Source: an uncultured Acholeplasmataceae bacterium (lineage in GTDB: Bacteria > Bacillota_I > Bacilli_A > Acholeplasmatales > Acholeplasmataceae). Taken from it: a stretch of 60,132 bases of DNA. The notes under the pieces are model-generated. The model saw only the letters and a list, made by a program, of their open reading frames with translations. It made no database searches and was not told the DNA's origin. Positions 37,399 to 45,326 of the stretch are shown here, one piece after another (the stretch's first letter is position 1; each line of letters opens with the position of its first letter). The stretch is from NCBI GenBank assembly GCA_963540225.1, contig CAUTNH010000001.1:1-60132 (forward strand), in the 5' to 3' direction. A program made the translations under genes and the position numbers.

Positions 37399-38432
37399 AA
37401 GTTCGTCATCCCTTTTTTTTCTTTTTCTTTTTCTTCTATTTCTTTTTTAGCTTTTTCAAGCTCTTCACCGTGTTTTTTCTTTAACTCTTTTGTTTGTCTT
37501 TCAAGTTCTTCTTGTAATCTTACTTGTTCTACTAAAACTCTTTCATAAACCGTTTCCTCATCCGATATAGGAATATTCATCTCATATGCCCTATCACTTT
37601 CAGGACAGCGATAACCATCTTTTGTAGATTCAGCACGTTGTAAGATATACTCAATCATTTCTTTTTTGTTTAACTCACTACCTGTTTCAAGCCCGTTATC
37701 AAGTGCATATTGTCTTATATCTTTAACCTGCATCTTAGGCATTTTTTCACTAAATTCAGTAGTATCAACACCCATCGCATTTAATTTTTCTAATACATAA
37801 GCCCCAATTGTAGATTTGTTTATTTTTTCAGGAATGCTTATTCCATATTTTTCACCAATTGACATAACCTGCTCTTTTGTTGCGGAGTTATATATTACAG
37901 GTCTAAACTTATCAACTTTTAAGCCATCAAGAGTTCCTTTTTCATCAACAAAGAAAGGACAAAAACTTTTTATAAATTCTTTTATTTTTACATCTTTTTC
38001 ACTTATATCTTTATTATTGATTGCAAGAGTAATTACTTCATCAAGTGCTTCTGCATAATCTGGAATACTTCCCAAATAAATAATAAGATTTCTTAAAAAC
38101 TTTGTAGCAAATATTTTATTTAAGTCTTTATCTTTAAAATATCCAAAATAAAATGCCATTTGGTCTTCTGAAAAATTATTAAACCATAAAAGACGGTAAT
38201 TAAGTCTTGAATCAAGAGTAAGACATTCAGATCTCGTCCTAACAATTCCAGGGCGAAGTGCAGCACGCATCGCATCCATTCTTACCTTTCTTTGAAGTTT
38301 AACATTATATTTTAAAAATGTATCGGTTATTTCTTGAGGTGCGATATTAGTAAGAGTTTTAGCAATTTCTTCAATTGAATATACAACACCATCTTTTGTT
38401 AATTCTTGACTACTTATATTTATTGATACCAT
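37395..38432 (-). CDS. hypothetical cytoplasmic protein with two HeH/Rho_N-like motifs and a charged coiled-coil tail
   Basis: 345 aa with a strong SD (AGGAGAATAAG-ATG). Contains ..MQVKDIRQYALDNGLETGSELNKKEMIEYIL.. and ..EQVMSIGEKYGISIPEKINKSTIGAYVLEKL... The C-terminus is VRLQEELERQTKELKKKHGEELEKAKKEIEEKEKEKK. Its stop overlaps the giant gene's start. Confidence 0.7.
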   Translation of the reverse strand: MVSINISSQELTKDGVVYSIEEIAKTLTNIAPQEITDTFLKYNVKLQRKVRMDAMRAALRPGIVRTRSECLTLDSRLNYRLLWFNNFSEDQMAFYFGYFKDKDLNKIFATKFLRNLIIYLGSIPDYAEALDEVITLAINNKDISEKDVKIKEFIKSFCPFFVDEKGTLDGLKVDKFRPVIYNSATKEQVMSIGEKYGISIPEKINKSTIGAYVLEKLNAMGVDTTEFSEKMPKMQVKDIRQYALDNGLETGSELNKKEMIEYILQRAESTKDGYRCPESDRAYEMNIPISDEETVYERVLVEQVRLQEELERQTKELKKKHGEELEKAKKEIEEKEKEKKGMTNF

Positions 38433-38521
38433 CTTATTCTCCTTTTTATTTTATAAACTAAAATCTATACTATTTATATTTTTTATAAATAATATAGAAT
38501 TTTCAATTCTTCAATTTTAAA

Positions 38522-38755
38522 TTAATAGTTTGTTTTTCTTACCTTACCATTTAACTTATGGATTAGAAGACTACCTCCATAATTTCTTACAAGATCATTA
38601 GCATACTCAATTGCTTCTTGTTGGGTATCAAAGTATTTAATAGATCTTAGGCTACCAGAAAGTCTAACACGCCATTTTTTGTAATTTTTACCTCTTATTT
38701 TATTTTGAGAGACATGATAAATCTTAGATTTTTTTATCTTTTTTACAGAAGGCAT
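38522..38755 (-). CDS. DUF2188-like small protein
   Basis: 77 aa. YHV....W.V......S.K.FDTQQEAIEYANDLV...GGSLLIHKLNGKV follows the DUF2188 pattern. Confidence 0.6.
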   Translation of the reverse strand: MPSVKKIKKSKIYHVSQNKIRGKNYKKWRVRLSGSLRSIKYFDTQQEAIEYANDLVRNYGGSLLIHKLNGKVRKTNY

Positions 38756-38801
38756 TTAAAACTCTCCTTTTTTATTATATATATTTTAACATAATTAAAA
38801 A

Positions 38802-38825
38802 GAGAATGCAAAAGAATGCATTCTC
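38802..38825 (-). terminator. terminator after tRNA-Arg(CCT)
   Basis: GAGAATGC / GCATTCTC stem followed by TTTTT on the minus strand. Confidence 0.6.
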
Positions 38826-38832
38826 AAAAACT

Positions 38833-38906
38833 CGTTTTCGGGCGGATTTGAACCGCCGATCTACGACTTAGGAGGTCGTTGCTCTATCCATCTAAGCTAC
38901 GAAAAC
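38833..38906 (-). tRNA. tRNA-Arg (anticodon CCT), CCA not encoded
   Basis: Reverse complement reads GTTTTCG TA GCTTAGATGGATAGAGC A ACGAC CTCCTAA GTCGT AGATC GGCGG TTCAAAT CCGCC CGAAAAC G. Confidence 0.9.
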
Positions 38907-38922
38907 ATTTAAATGGATAAAT

Positions 38923-39696
38923 CTATTTTACAATATAATTTGTAAAATCTTTATTTTTTAATATCTCAGATGCAGCAGTTTTATCAAGATATAAACAAAC
39001 ATTATTATGACTTTTTAAATAAGATGCCGGAAAATTATTTGTTATATCACCAAATACAAGTTTTTTTATAGGTTCTATTTTTTTATCTCCTGTTGCAATA
39101 AGACAAATCCTTTTCGCTTTTAAAATATCCTTAACACCCATAGTAATTGCACTTTTTGGAACATCTGATAAATTATTAAAAAAGCGAGAATTATCTTTTA
39201 TTGTTTGCATATCTAAATATACCATATGGCAATTTGAATCAATAGAAGTTCCAGGCTCATTAAATCCAATATGACCATCTGTTCCAATTCCTAAAATTTG
39301 TATATCAAATGCCCCTGCTTTATTAAGCTTTTTTTGATATCTTTTAATTTCTTTATCAACATCTTTACATTTTCCATCAATAAGATTTATATTCTTTTCC
39401 AAAATGTTTATATTTTTAAATAAATTATTCCACATAAAATAAGAATAACTTTGCTCATCATATTTACCAAGGCCTATATATTCATCAAGGTTAAATGTTT
39501 TTAAGTTTATATAATCAATGTTTTCTTTTTTAAAACCATCCGACATTAGTTTATATAAATTCAAAGGAGATGATCCAGTTGCAAGTCCCAAGATAGGTTT
39601 TTTAAAATTTATGATTAAAGACTTTATTTCGCTATATAAATCTTTATATAGCGTATCAATATTTTCATATATTTTAATCTCAAAGTTATTTTCCAT
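38923..39696 (-). CDS. nagB: glucosamine-6-phosphate deaminase
   Basis: GLATGSSPL and GIGTDGHIGFNEPG motifs. Confidence 0.93.
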   Translation of the reverse strand: MENNFEIKIYENIDTLYKDLYSEIKSLIINFKKPILGLATGSSPLNLYKLMSDGFKKENIDYINLKTFNLDEYIGLGKYDEQSYSYFMWNNLFKNINILEKNINLIDGKCKDVDKEIKRYQKKLNKAGAFDIQILGIGTDGHIGFNEPGTSIDSNCHMVYLDMQTIKDNSRFFNNLSDVPKSAITMGVKDILKAKRICLIATGDKKIEPIKKLVFGDITNNFPASYLKSHNNVCLYLDKTAASEILKNKDFTNYIVK

Positions 39697-40807
39697 ATAC
39701 GATATTTCCTCTTACAATTGTTTTTACTATATTAAAATCTTTATCAAAAATTGCCAAATCAGCATCCATACCTTCTTTAATTATTCCTTTCTTATCATCT
39801 ATTTTTAATATCTTAGCCGAATTATAAGATAGAATTTTTGAGGCTTCCACTATTTTATTTGGATATATATTTAAGAAGTTTTTTAGCGCTACATCTTGTG
39901 TTAAGATACTTCCTGCAAGCTGACCTGATTTAAGCCTTGCTGTACCATCTCGGATAAAAACATCTTGTCCTCCAAGAGATCCTTTTTTAATATTTGCACC
40001 TTGTGCCATCATTGCATCTGTAATTAGAATAATATTATTAAAACCTTTAATTTTAAAAAGAAGCTCTACTGCCTCTTTGCTTACATGATGCATATCAAGA
40101 ATTAACTCACAAAAAATATCATCACCTGATAAAAGCATTGCACCTACCATATTAGGATTTCTATGATCAAATTTAGACATTGCATTATATGCATGAGTAA
40201 ATAATGTCGCGCCATTTCCAAGTGCAATTTTTACCTCGTCATAGCTTGCGCTACTATGTCCTAGTGAGACAATGATGTTATTTTTTTTACAATAATCAAC
40301 TAGTTTTAATAAATTCTTTTTCTCAGGAGCAACTGTAATAATTTTAATAATGTTATTTTTATTTATTTTCTCTAAAAAAGAGATGTTTATATCTTTTACA
40401 TAATTTTCATTTTGTGCACCTAGCATTTTATTTGATATGAAAGGTCCTTCTAAATTTACTCCGAGTATATTAGCATATTTATTTTCATTAGATGCATTTA
40501 TAATAGTATTAACTGATTTTTCAATACTTAAATAATCCATAGTCATAGTAGTAGGTAAAAATGAAGTCGTTCCAAATCTTGTTATACTTTTAGATATTTC
40601 TAAAATTGATTTTACATCTCCATCCATTGTGTCAAAAAGATTACTTCCATGGATATGTTGATCAATAAAGCCTGGAAAAATATAACCATAATCTTTATTT
40701 ATAGTATCTTTAATAACTTCGACATTAGAAATCATTCCATTTTCTAAGTATAAATTACCAAAAATAACCTTATCAAATAAGACAATATTAAAATTTTTAT
40801 AAACCAT
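39686..40807 (-). CDS. nagA: N-acetylglucosamine-6-phosphate deacetylase
   Basis: PGFIDQHIHG, LGHS and THAYNAM motifs. Confidence 0.92.
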   Translation of the reverse strand: MVYKNFNIVLFDKVIFGNLYLENGMISNVEVIKDTINKDYGYIFPGFIDQHIHGSNLFDTMDGDVKSILEISKSITRFGTTSFLPTTMTMDYLSIEKSVNTIINASNENKYANILGVNLEGPFISNKMLGAQNENYVKDINISFLEKINKNNIIKIITVAPEKKNLLKLVDYCKKNNIIVSLGHSSASYDEVKIALGNGATLFTHAYNAMSKFDHRNPNMVGAMLLSGDDIFCELILDMHHVSKEAVELLFKIKGFNNIILITDAMMAQGANIKKGSLGGQDVFIRDGTARLKSGQLAGSILTQDVALKNFLNIYPNKIVEASKILSYNSAKILKIDDKKGIIKEGMDADLAIFDKDFNIVKTIVRGNIVYGK

Positions 40808-40873
40808 TAAATCACATCCTATATAATTATAGCACTTTAAATTTTTAAAATTAACAAATTTTAATATTTTTTA

Positions 40874-40879
40874 TATAAT
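40874..40879 (+). promoter_or_regulatory. -10 box 6 nt from ATG 40886 (leaderless candidate)
   Basis: TATAAT-TATTAT-ATG, with no SD. Confidence 0.4.
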
Positions 40880-40885
40880 TATTAT

Positions 40886-41503
40886 ATGAAGTGTAAAAAA
40901 ATGTTTATTTTTGTAATATTAATATCTTTTTTTCTATTTTTAACAAATTTTTTAATTGTTAAAGCTTTTTGGCTTGGAATAAACAATCCGACTAATGAAA
41001 AATCTAATAATCAAATTGAAATAGGTAGTGCAAAAAATATTAAAACTAGAATTGGCTTATCTAATTTAGAAAATAATCAAAACAAAATACTGTTGCCTAA
41101 AAACACAGAAAATATTCAAAAATTTGAATATAAAAATGATAAAGAGTATGTAAATGAAATTACATTTAAAAAAAGAATAATTTGGAAAGAGAACACTACC
41201 CCTTATATAGTTAATGATGAATATAAAAAAATATTAAAAGTAAGTGTTAATACTTATTTAAAAAATATTCCACAATCTCCCAAAATACCACTTGATGAAG
41301 TTTATAAATTATTTAAAGTTGAAATAACAGGAAATAATCAAGAAATTAAATTAAATGACCCAAATGGTGTAGTATGTGAGTTTAAATTTTATTATAATTC
41401 ATATAATCAAGATGAAGAATATGATAAAAATAAAAAATTATATGATATTTTATATCTTAATGATATTATAATAGAAATTGTTTTTGAGGTAGTTTATGCT
41501 TAA
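40886..41503 (+). CDS. hypothetical exported or membrane-anchored protein
   Basis: 205 aa. An N-terminal hydrophobic segment ends in ..LIVKAFWLGINN... The rest is K/N/E-rich. Its end overlaps the next ORF by 8 nt. Confidence 0.65.
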   Translation: MKCKKMFIFVILISFFLFLTNFLIVKAFWLGINNPTNEKSNNQIEIGSAKNIKTRIGLSNLENNQNKILLPKNTENIQKFEYKNDKEYVNEITFKKRIIWKENTTPYIVNDEYKKILKVSVNTYLKNIPQSPKIPLDEVYKLFKVEITGNNQEIKLNDPNGVVCEFKFYYNSYNQDEEYDKNKKLYDILYLNDIIIEIVFEVVYA

Positions 41504-42317
41504 TAAGAAATTATTTTATAAATCTGCAATTTATATAATTATCTCAACTATATTATTTGTCTTAACAATTTCACTAAGCGTAGGTGCCTTTTTTGTAGGT
41601 GATATATTAAAGCCTAAAAATATAGAAGATAAAGATAGTTTAGGTGTTTTAAACTATCCTTATTTTAAATATAAAAAATATGCCACAAATACACCTTATA
41701 GTAAAGATGATATTATCCTAACTAGTGAAAATGAATTATATCTTGTAAACAGAGATATCCCAGCAGATGATCCTTGGCATGATTACAAAAAATTATATAC
41801 AGGAAATTTAAATAAGCCATCTGAAAGAAAAAAAATACGCTATTATAAAATTGGTAATGGCTTTTATTCAAGAAATATTTACTATGGTGGAGATTATATA
41901 TATGATAAAAATAATAAAAAACTTTATTCTGCATCTGATAGATATGTGCCTCATATAGCTGGAAATGAAGTTATGAATACTTATGATTTTCCAGGAACAA
42001 GTCCTAATTGGGTTGTTAAACCAATTGATGGTATATCAATTTGGAAAAGATATAATATCTATCAAAAGTATGATATCGTATATTATAGTAATAACTACTT
42101 TTATCTTTTTGGAAAAGATTTTTCAGTTAATAAAACTCCCTCAATCCTTCCTACTAGTATATGGAAAAGGATATTTGATTTTGATGATAACAAAGTATAT
42201 AATAAATATGAAATAATTAAAGTATATGATAAATTTTACCAAGCAAGATTTGATGGTGTAGTAGGTGCTGCTTATAATAGTACTGCGCTATGGCAAGAAA
42301 TATATCCCAGAATATAA
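41496..42317 (+). CDS. exported or anchored protein with four CBM5/12-like (chitin-binding-type) aromatic repeats
   Basis: 273 aa with an N-terminal TM segment (IYIIISTILFVLTISLSVGAFFVG). Four repeats follow the pattern Y-x-x-x-D/E-I-[IV]...Y......W, e.g. YNKYEIIKVYDKFYQARFDGVVGAAYNSTALWQEI. Confidence 0.55.
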   Translation: MLNKKLFYKSAIYIIISTILFVLTISLSVGAFFVGDILKPKNIEDKDSLGVLNYPYFKYKKYATNTPYSKDDIILTSENELYLVNRDIPADDPWHDYKKLYTGNLNKPSERKKIRYYKIGNGFYSRNIYYGGDYIYDKNNKKLYSASDRYVPHIAGNEVMNTYDFPGTSPNWVVKPIDGISIWKRYNIYQKYDIVYYSNNYFYLFGKDFSVNKTPSILPTSIWKRIFDFDDNKVYNKYEIIKVYDKFYQARFDGVVGAAYNSTALWQEIYPRI

Positions 42318-42320
42318 AAA

Positions 42321-42350
42321 TGGTTGACCAAAGTCAACCATAATTTTTTT
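42321..42350 (+). terminator. terminator after 41496..42317
   Basis: TGGTTGAC-CAAA-GTCAACCA followed by TAATTTTTTT. Confidence 0.75.
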
Positions 42351-42354
42351 TATA

Positions 42355-42428
42355 CGATGCGAGAGGGATTCGAACCCCCGACCCACAGCTTAGAAGGCTG
42401 TTGCTCTATCCTGCTGAGCTACCGCACC
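42355..42428 (-). tRNA. tRNA-Arg (anticodon TCT), CCA not encoded
   Basis: Reverse complement reads GGTGCGG TA GCTCAGCAGGATAGAGC A ACAGC CTTCTAA GCTGT GGGTC GGGGG TTCGAAT CCCTC TCGCATC G. Confidence 0.88.
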
Positions 42429-42473
42429 AACAAATATTAGTATAACATTTTTTAATCTTTTTTTAAAATTTTA

Positions 42474-43097
42474 TTAACTTAGATAATAACTTTTTATTTT
42501 AACTAATTCATTTTTTTTATTCATTGGAGCATTTTCAATAATTTTATCTATTCTTTTTATCATATAATCTTTATATTTTAGATATAATTTATCATCTTTT
42601 AAGTATAAGCCTTTATATAATTGGCATTCATCAAAATTCATTTTCCCAGTTTTACATTCAATTATTTCATAATACTTATTATTTTCAAATACTAGTTTTT
42701 CAAAGGTTATTTTAAAATTATTACATAATAAATATCTTCTTAAAATATCAGTTTTTAAATTACTTGATAAGATATATGTCTTATTTATTGGAGCAGTTTT
42801 TAATATTGAAATAATAGTATAAGCACCAAGACCTGAAATTATACAAGTATCAAAATCAATTTCTAAATTATTAAAATTATCTGCTTTTATAAATTCTACA
42901 TTATAATTTTTTAAATTTTTTTTAGCATTTTCTAGTGGTCCTATTTTATTATCAATAGCATAGGCTTTTTCTACTTTATAATTTTTAAAGCACTCTAAAA
43001 GACATAAACCGTGATCGCAACCAAAATCAACTAATTTTTTGGACTTGCTTGCTAGTTTAGAAATTTCTAATAATCTTAAACTTAATTTACTTATCAT
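42474..43097 (-). CDS. trmK: tRNA (adenine22-N1)-methyltransferase TrmK-like (start re-called to ATG 43097)
   Basis: MISKLSLRLLEISKL.. and DFGCDHG motifs. The track's longer start would overlap sdaA by 44 nt. Confidence 0.65.
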   Translation of the reverse strand: MISKLSLRLLEISKLASKSKKLVDFGCDHGLCLLECFKNYKVEKAYAIDNKIGPLENAKKNLKNYNVEFIKADNFNNLEIDFDTCIISGLGAYTIISILKTAPINKTYILSSNLKTDILRRYLLCNNFKITFEKLVFENNKYYEIIECKTGKMNFDECQLYKGLYLKDDKLYLKYKDYMIKRIDKIIENAPMNKKNELVKIKSYYLS

Positions 43098-44280
43098 AAA
43101 ACTTAGCAAGACCTCCATCTGATGTTTCACGGTATTTTTTCTTTAAGTCTAGACCTGTTTGATACATAGTTTTAACTACCGTATCAAATGAAACTTTTCT
43201 TGTATTAGGTAAAAAGAATGCTAAAGAGCAAGAGTTTATAGCTCTTAAAGAAGCAACAGCATTTCTTTCAATGCATGGTATTTGAACATATCCCATAATA
43301 GGATCACATGTAAGACCGAGTTGATGTTCCATAGCAATTTCAGCGGCATATTCGACTTGTTCAATTGATAAATTAAAAAGAGTTGCGTGCGCTGCTGCAG
43401 CCATTGCAGTTGCACTTCCTATTTCTGCCTGACATCCTGCAACAGCACCAGATATTGATGCGTTTTCTTTAATTATATTTCCGACTAATCCTGCAACAGC
43501 CAAAGCATTTATTATTCTATTTTTTTTTATAAAACTATATTTATTTTCCATATAATATAAAACAGCGGGTAAAACTCCACAAGCACCACATGTAGGAGCG
43601 GTTACTATTATGCCACCAGATGCATTTTCCTCAGATACAGCATAGGCATATGCACTTATAAGTCTTGTTTCAGCAACTTCAGGTGCCTCATTTATTTTTT
43701 TATTTTCATAAAGAAGTTTTGCTTTTCTTTTAGTTTTTAATTTTCCAGGTAAAATGCCATCTTTTACAAGACCACGTTTAATTGCATCTTTCATAGTATT
43801 ATATACATTTTCTAGATAGTCTTTAATATCTTTATTTTCATATTTATAAACATAATCATATAATGTAATATTATTTTCTATACAGTATTTTTTTATATCT
43901 GAAAAATATCTTAAAGGATAAATATCTTTTTTATCATCTGAAATATTAAGATCTCCTCCGCCGATACTTATAAAATCTTTTTTTATTACCTCATCACTGT
44001 TTGTATTTTTGGCAATGAATGCAAAAAAATTAGGATGAAGATTTTTATCAATTTTTCTTATAATATTAACCTTTAATGGCTTAAATATACTTTTTATAAC
44101 AGAATATGTAAGATGCCCATTACCAGTTTTGTTAAGAGAATTATAAAAAATAGCATCTATTATATAGTTATTTTTAGTATTTAAATATTTTTTAAAAATA
44201 TCAGCAGCCCTTGAAGGAGCCATTGTATGAGAGCTTGAAGGACCATATCCAATTTTAAATATTTTTTTTATTGTTTCCAT
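43087..44280 (-). CDS. sdaA: L-serine dehydratase, iron-sulfur-dependent, single chain
   Basis: FKIGYGPSSSHTMAP at the N-terminus and the ..GGIIVTAPTCGACGVLPAV.. cluster region. Confidence 0.88.
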   Translation of the reverse strand: METIKKIFKIGYGPSSSHTMAPSRAADIFKKYLNTKNNYIIDAIFYNSLNKTGNGHLTYSVIKSIFKPLKVNIIRKIDKNLHPNFFAFIAKNTNSDEVIKKDFISIGGGDLNISDDKKDIYPLRYFSDIKKYCIENNITLYDYVYKYENKDIKDYLENVYNTMKDAIKRGLVKDGILPGKLKTKRKAKLLYENKKINEAPEVAETRLISAYAYAVSEENASGGIIVTAPTCGACGVLPAVLYYMENKYSFIKKNRIINALAVAGLVGNIIKENASISGAVAGCQAEIGSATAMAAAAHATLFNLSIEQVEYAAEIAMEHQLGLTCDPIMGYVQIPCIERNAVASLRAINSCSLAFFLPNTRKVSFDTVVKTMYQTGLDLKKKYRETSDGGLAKFYDK

Positions 44281-44287
44281 ATAAAAT

Positions 44288-44296
44288 ATTTTACCA
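44288..44296 (-). promoter_or_regulatory. extended -10 promoter 7 nt from the sdaA ATG (leaderless candidate)
   Basis: Minus strand reads TGGTAAAAT-ATTTTAT-ATG(44280). There is no SD. Confidence 0.45.
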
Positions 44297-44366
44297 TATT
44301 TAAAAGCAATATACTTTATATATATTTAAAATATGTTAAGATTATTAAAGGAAGGAATGTGATTTT

Positions 44367-45203
44367 ATGGCTAAAAAAGAGGCTAAAGAAGAAAAGATGT
44401 CAAAGACAGAATACTGTTGTGATGATGATTGCTGCTGCGGTTGCAATGAATCTTATTGTTCTTGCGGTTGTGGTTGCTCTTGCGGTTGCGATGAATGTCG
44501 CGAATGCGATGGAGTTTGCACATGCCCATGCGAGAATTGTACATGTGAACATGCAACACCACTAATTGGAGATAAAGCACCTGAATTTCACGCAAATACA
44601 ACTCAAGGTGTAATTCATTTTCCAAATGATTATAAGGGTAAATGGGTGATTTTATTTTCTCATCCTGCTGATTTTACACCGGTTTGCACAACTGAATTTA
44701 TGACATTTGCAAGCAGATACCAAGAATTTAAAAAACAAAATTGTGAACTTGTAGGTCTTTCAATTGATTCGATTTTTTCACATCTTGCTTGGCTTGACAA
44801 GATTAAATCTTTACAATATAAAGAAATTAAAAATGTAGATGTTTTATTTCCACTAATTGATGATATTGATAAAAATGTTGCCTATAGATATGGTATGATA
44901 CATCCAGCATCTAGCACAACACAAGCAATTAGAGCGGTATTTTTCATTGGACCTGATGGAGTTATTAAAACAATTCTATACTATCCTTCAAGTGTTGGAA
45001 GAAACTTTGATGAACTTTTAAGATTATTAACTGCTCTTCAAACAGTTGAAAAAGAAAAATGTGCAACACCTGCCGATTGGAAAAAAGGCGAAGATGTTAT
45101 TGTTCCTCCTGCAACAGATATGAAAACATTAAAAGAAAGAAAAGAACCAAAAGATGGTATGGTATGTCAAGATTGGTTCTTATGCTTTAAAAAAACTAAA
45201 TAA
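44367..45203 (+). CDS. peroxiredoxin (Prx6/1-Cys-type core) with a Cys-rich N-terminal extension
   Basis: The core is PLIGDKAPEF..KGKWVILFSHPADFTPVCTTEF..., preceded by 19 Cys within residues 17-60. The start could be Met1 (44367) or Met11 (44397). Confidence 0.9.
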   Translation: MAKKEAKEEKMSKTEYCCDDDCCCGCNESYCSCGCGCSCGCDECRECDGVCTCPCENCTCEHATPLIGDKAPEFHANTTQGVIHFPNDYKGKWVILFSHPADFTPVCTTEFMTFASRYQEFKKQNCELVGLSIDSIFSHLAWLDKIKSLQYKEIKNVDVLFPLIDDIDKNVAYRYGMIHPASSTTQAIRAVFFIGPDGVIKTILYYPSSVGRNFDELLRLLTALQTVEKEKCATPADWKKGEDVIVPPATDMKTLKERKEPKDGMVCQDWFLCFKKTK

Positions 45204-45245
45204 TTTTAGTTTTAAATAAATTAAATATTTTTTATTTTAAAAAAC

Positions 45246-45270
45246 CCCTAGCCTTCAAAAAAGGTTAGGG
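45246..45270 (+). terminator. terminator after the peroxiredoxin gene
   Basis: CCCTAGCC / GGTTAGGG stem followed by ATTTT. Confidence 0.55.
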
Positions 45271-45303
45271 ATTTTAAATTATATTAATAATTATTTCATA
45301 AAA

Positions 45304-45321
45304 AATAGCCTTTCGGCTATT
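45304..45321 (-). terminator. terminator after pepC
   Basis: AATAGCC-GAAA-GGCTATT followed by TTTT on the minus strand. Confidence 0.65.
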
Positions 45322-45326
45322 TTAAA

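Noticed and set aside
41722-42216. ORFs 41722..41934 (-) and 41983..42216 (+, other frame) inside the 273-aa exported-protein gene.
   Set aside because: They are embedded in a longer ORF with a signal anchor and an internal repeat structure. They have no independent signals.
44281-44366. PerR/Fur-type box upstream of the peroxiredoxin gene (GTTAAGATTATTAAAG around 44336..44351).
   Set aside because: Only about 5 of 7 positions match per half-site of the TTATAAT-N-ATTATAA consensus, in DNA that is almost pure A/T. This is indistinguishable from chance by eye.
44359-44625. ORFs 44359..44565 (+) and 44383..44625 (-) overlapping the Cys-rich region of the peroxiredoxin gene.
   Set aside because: They are alternative frames of the TGC/TGT/GGT-rich repeat block. 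Only the 44367 frame continues into a recognisable Prx domain.
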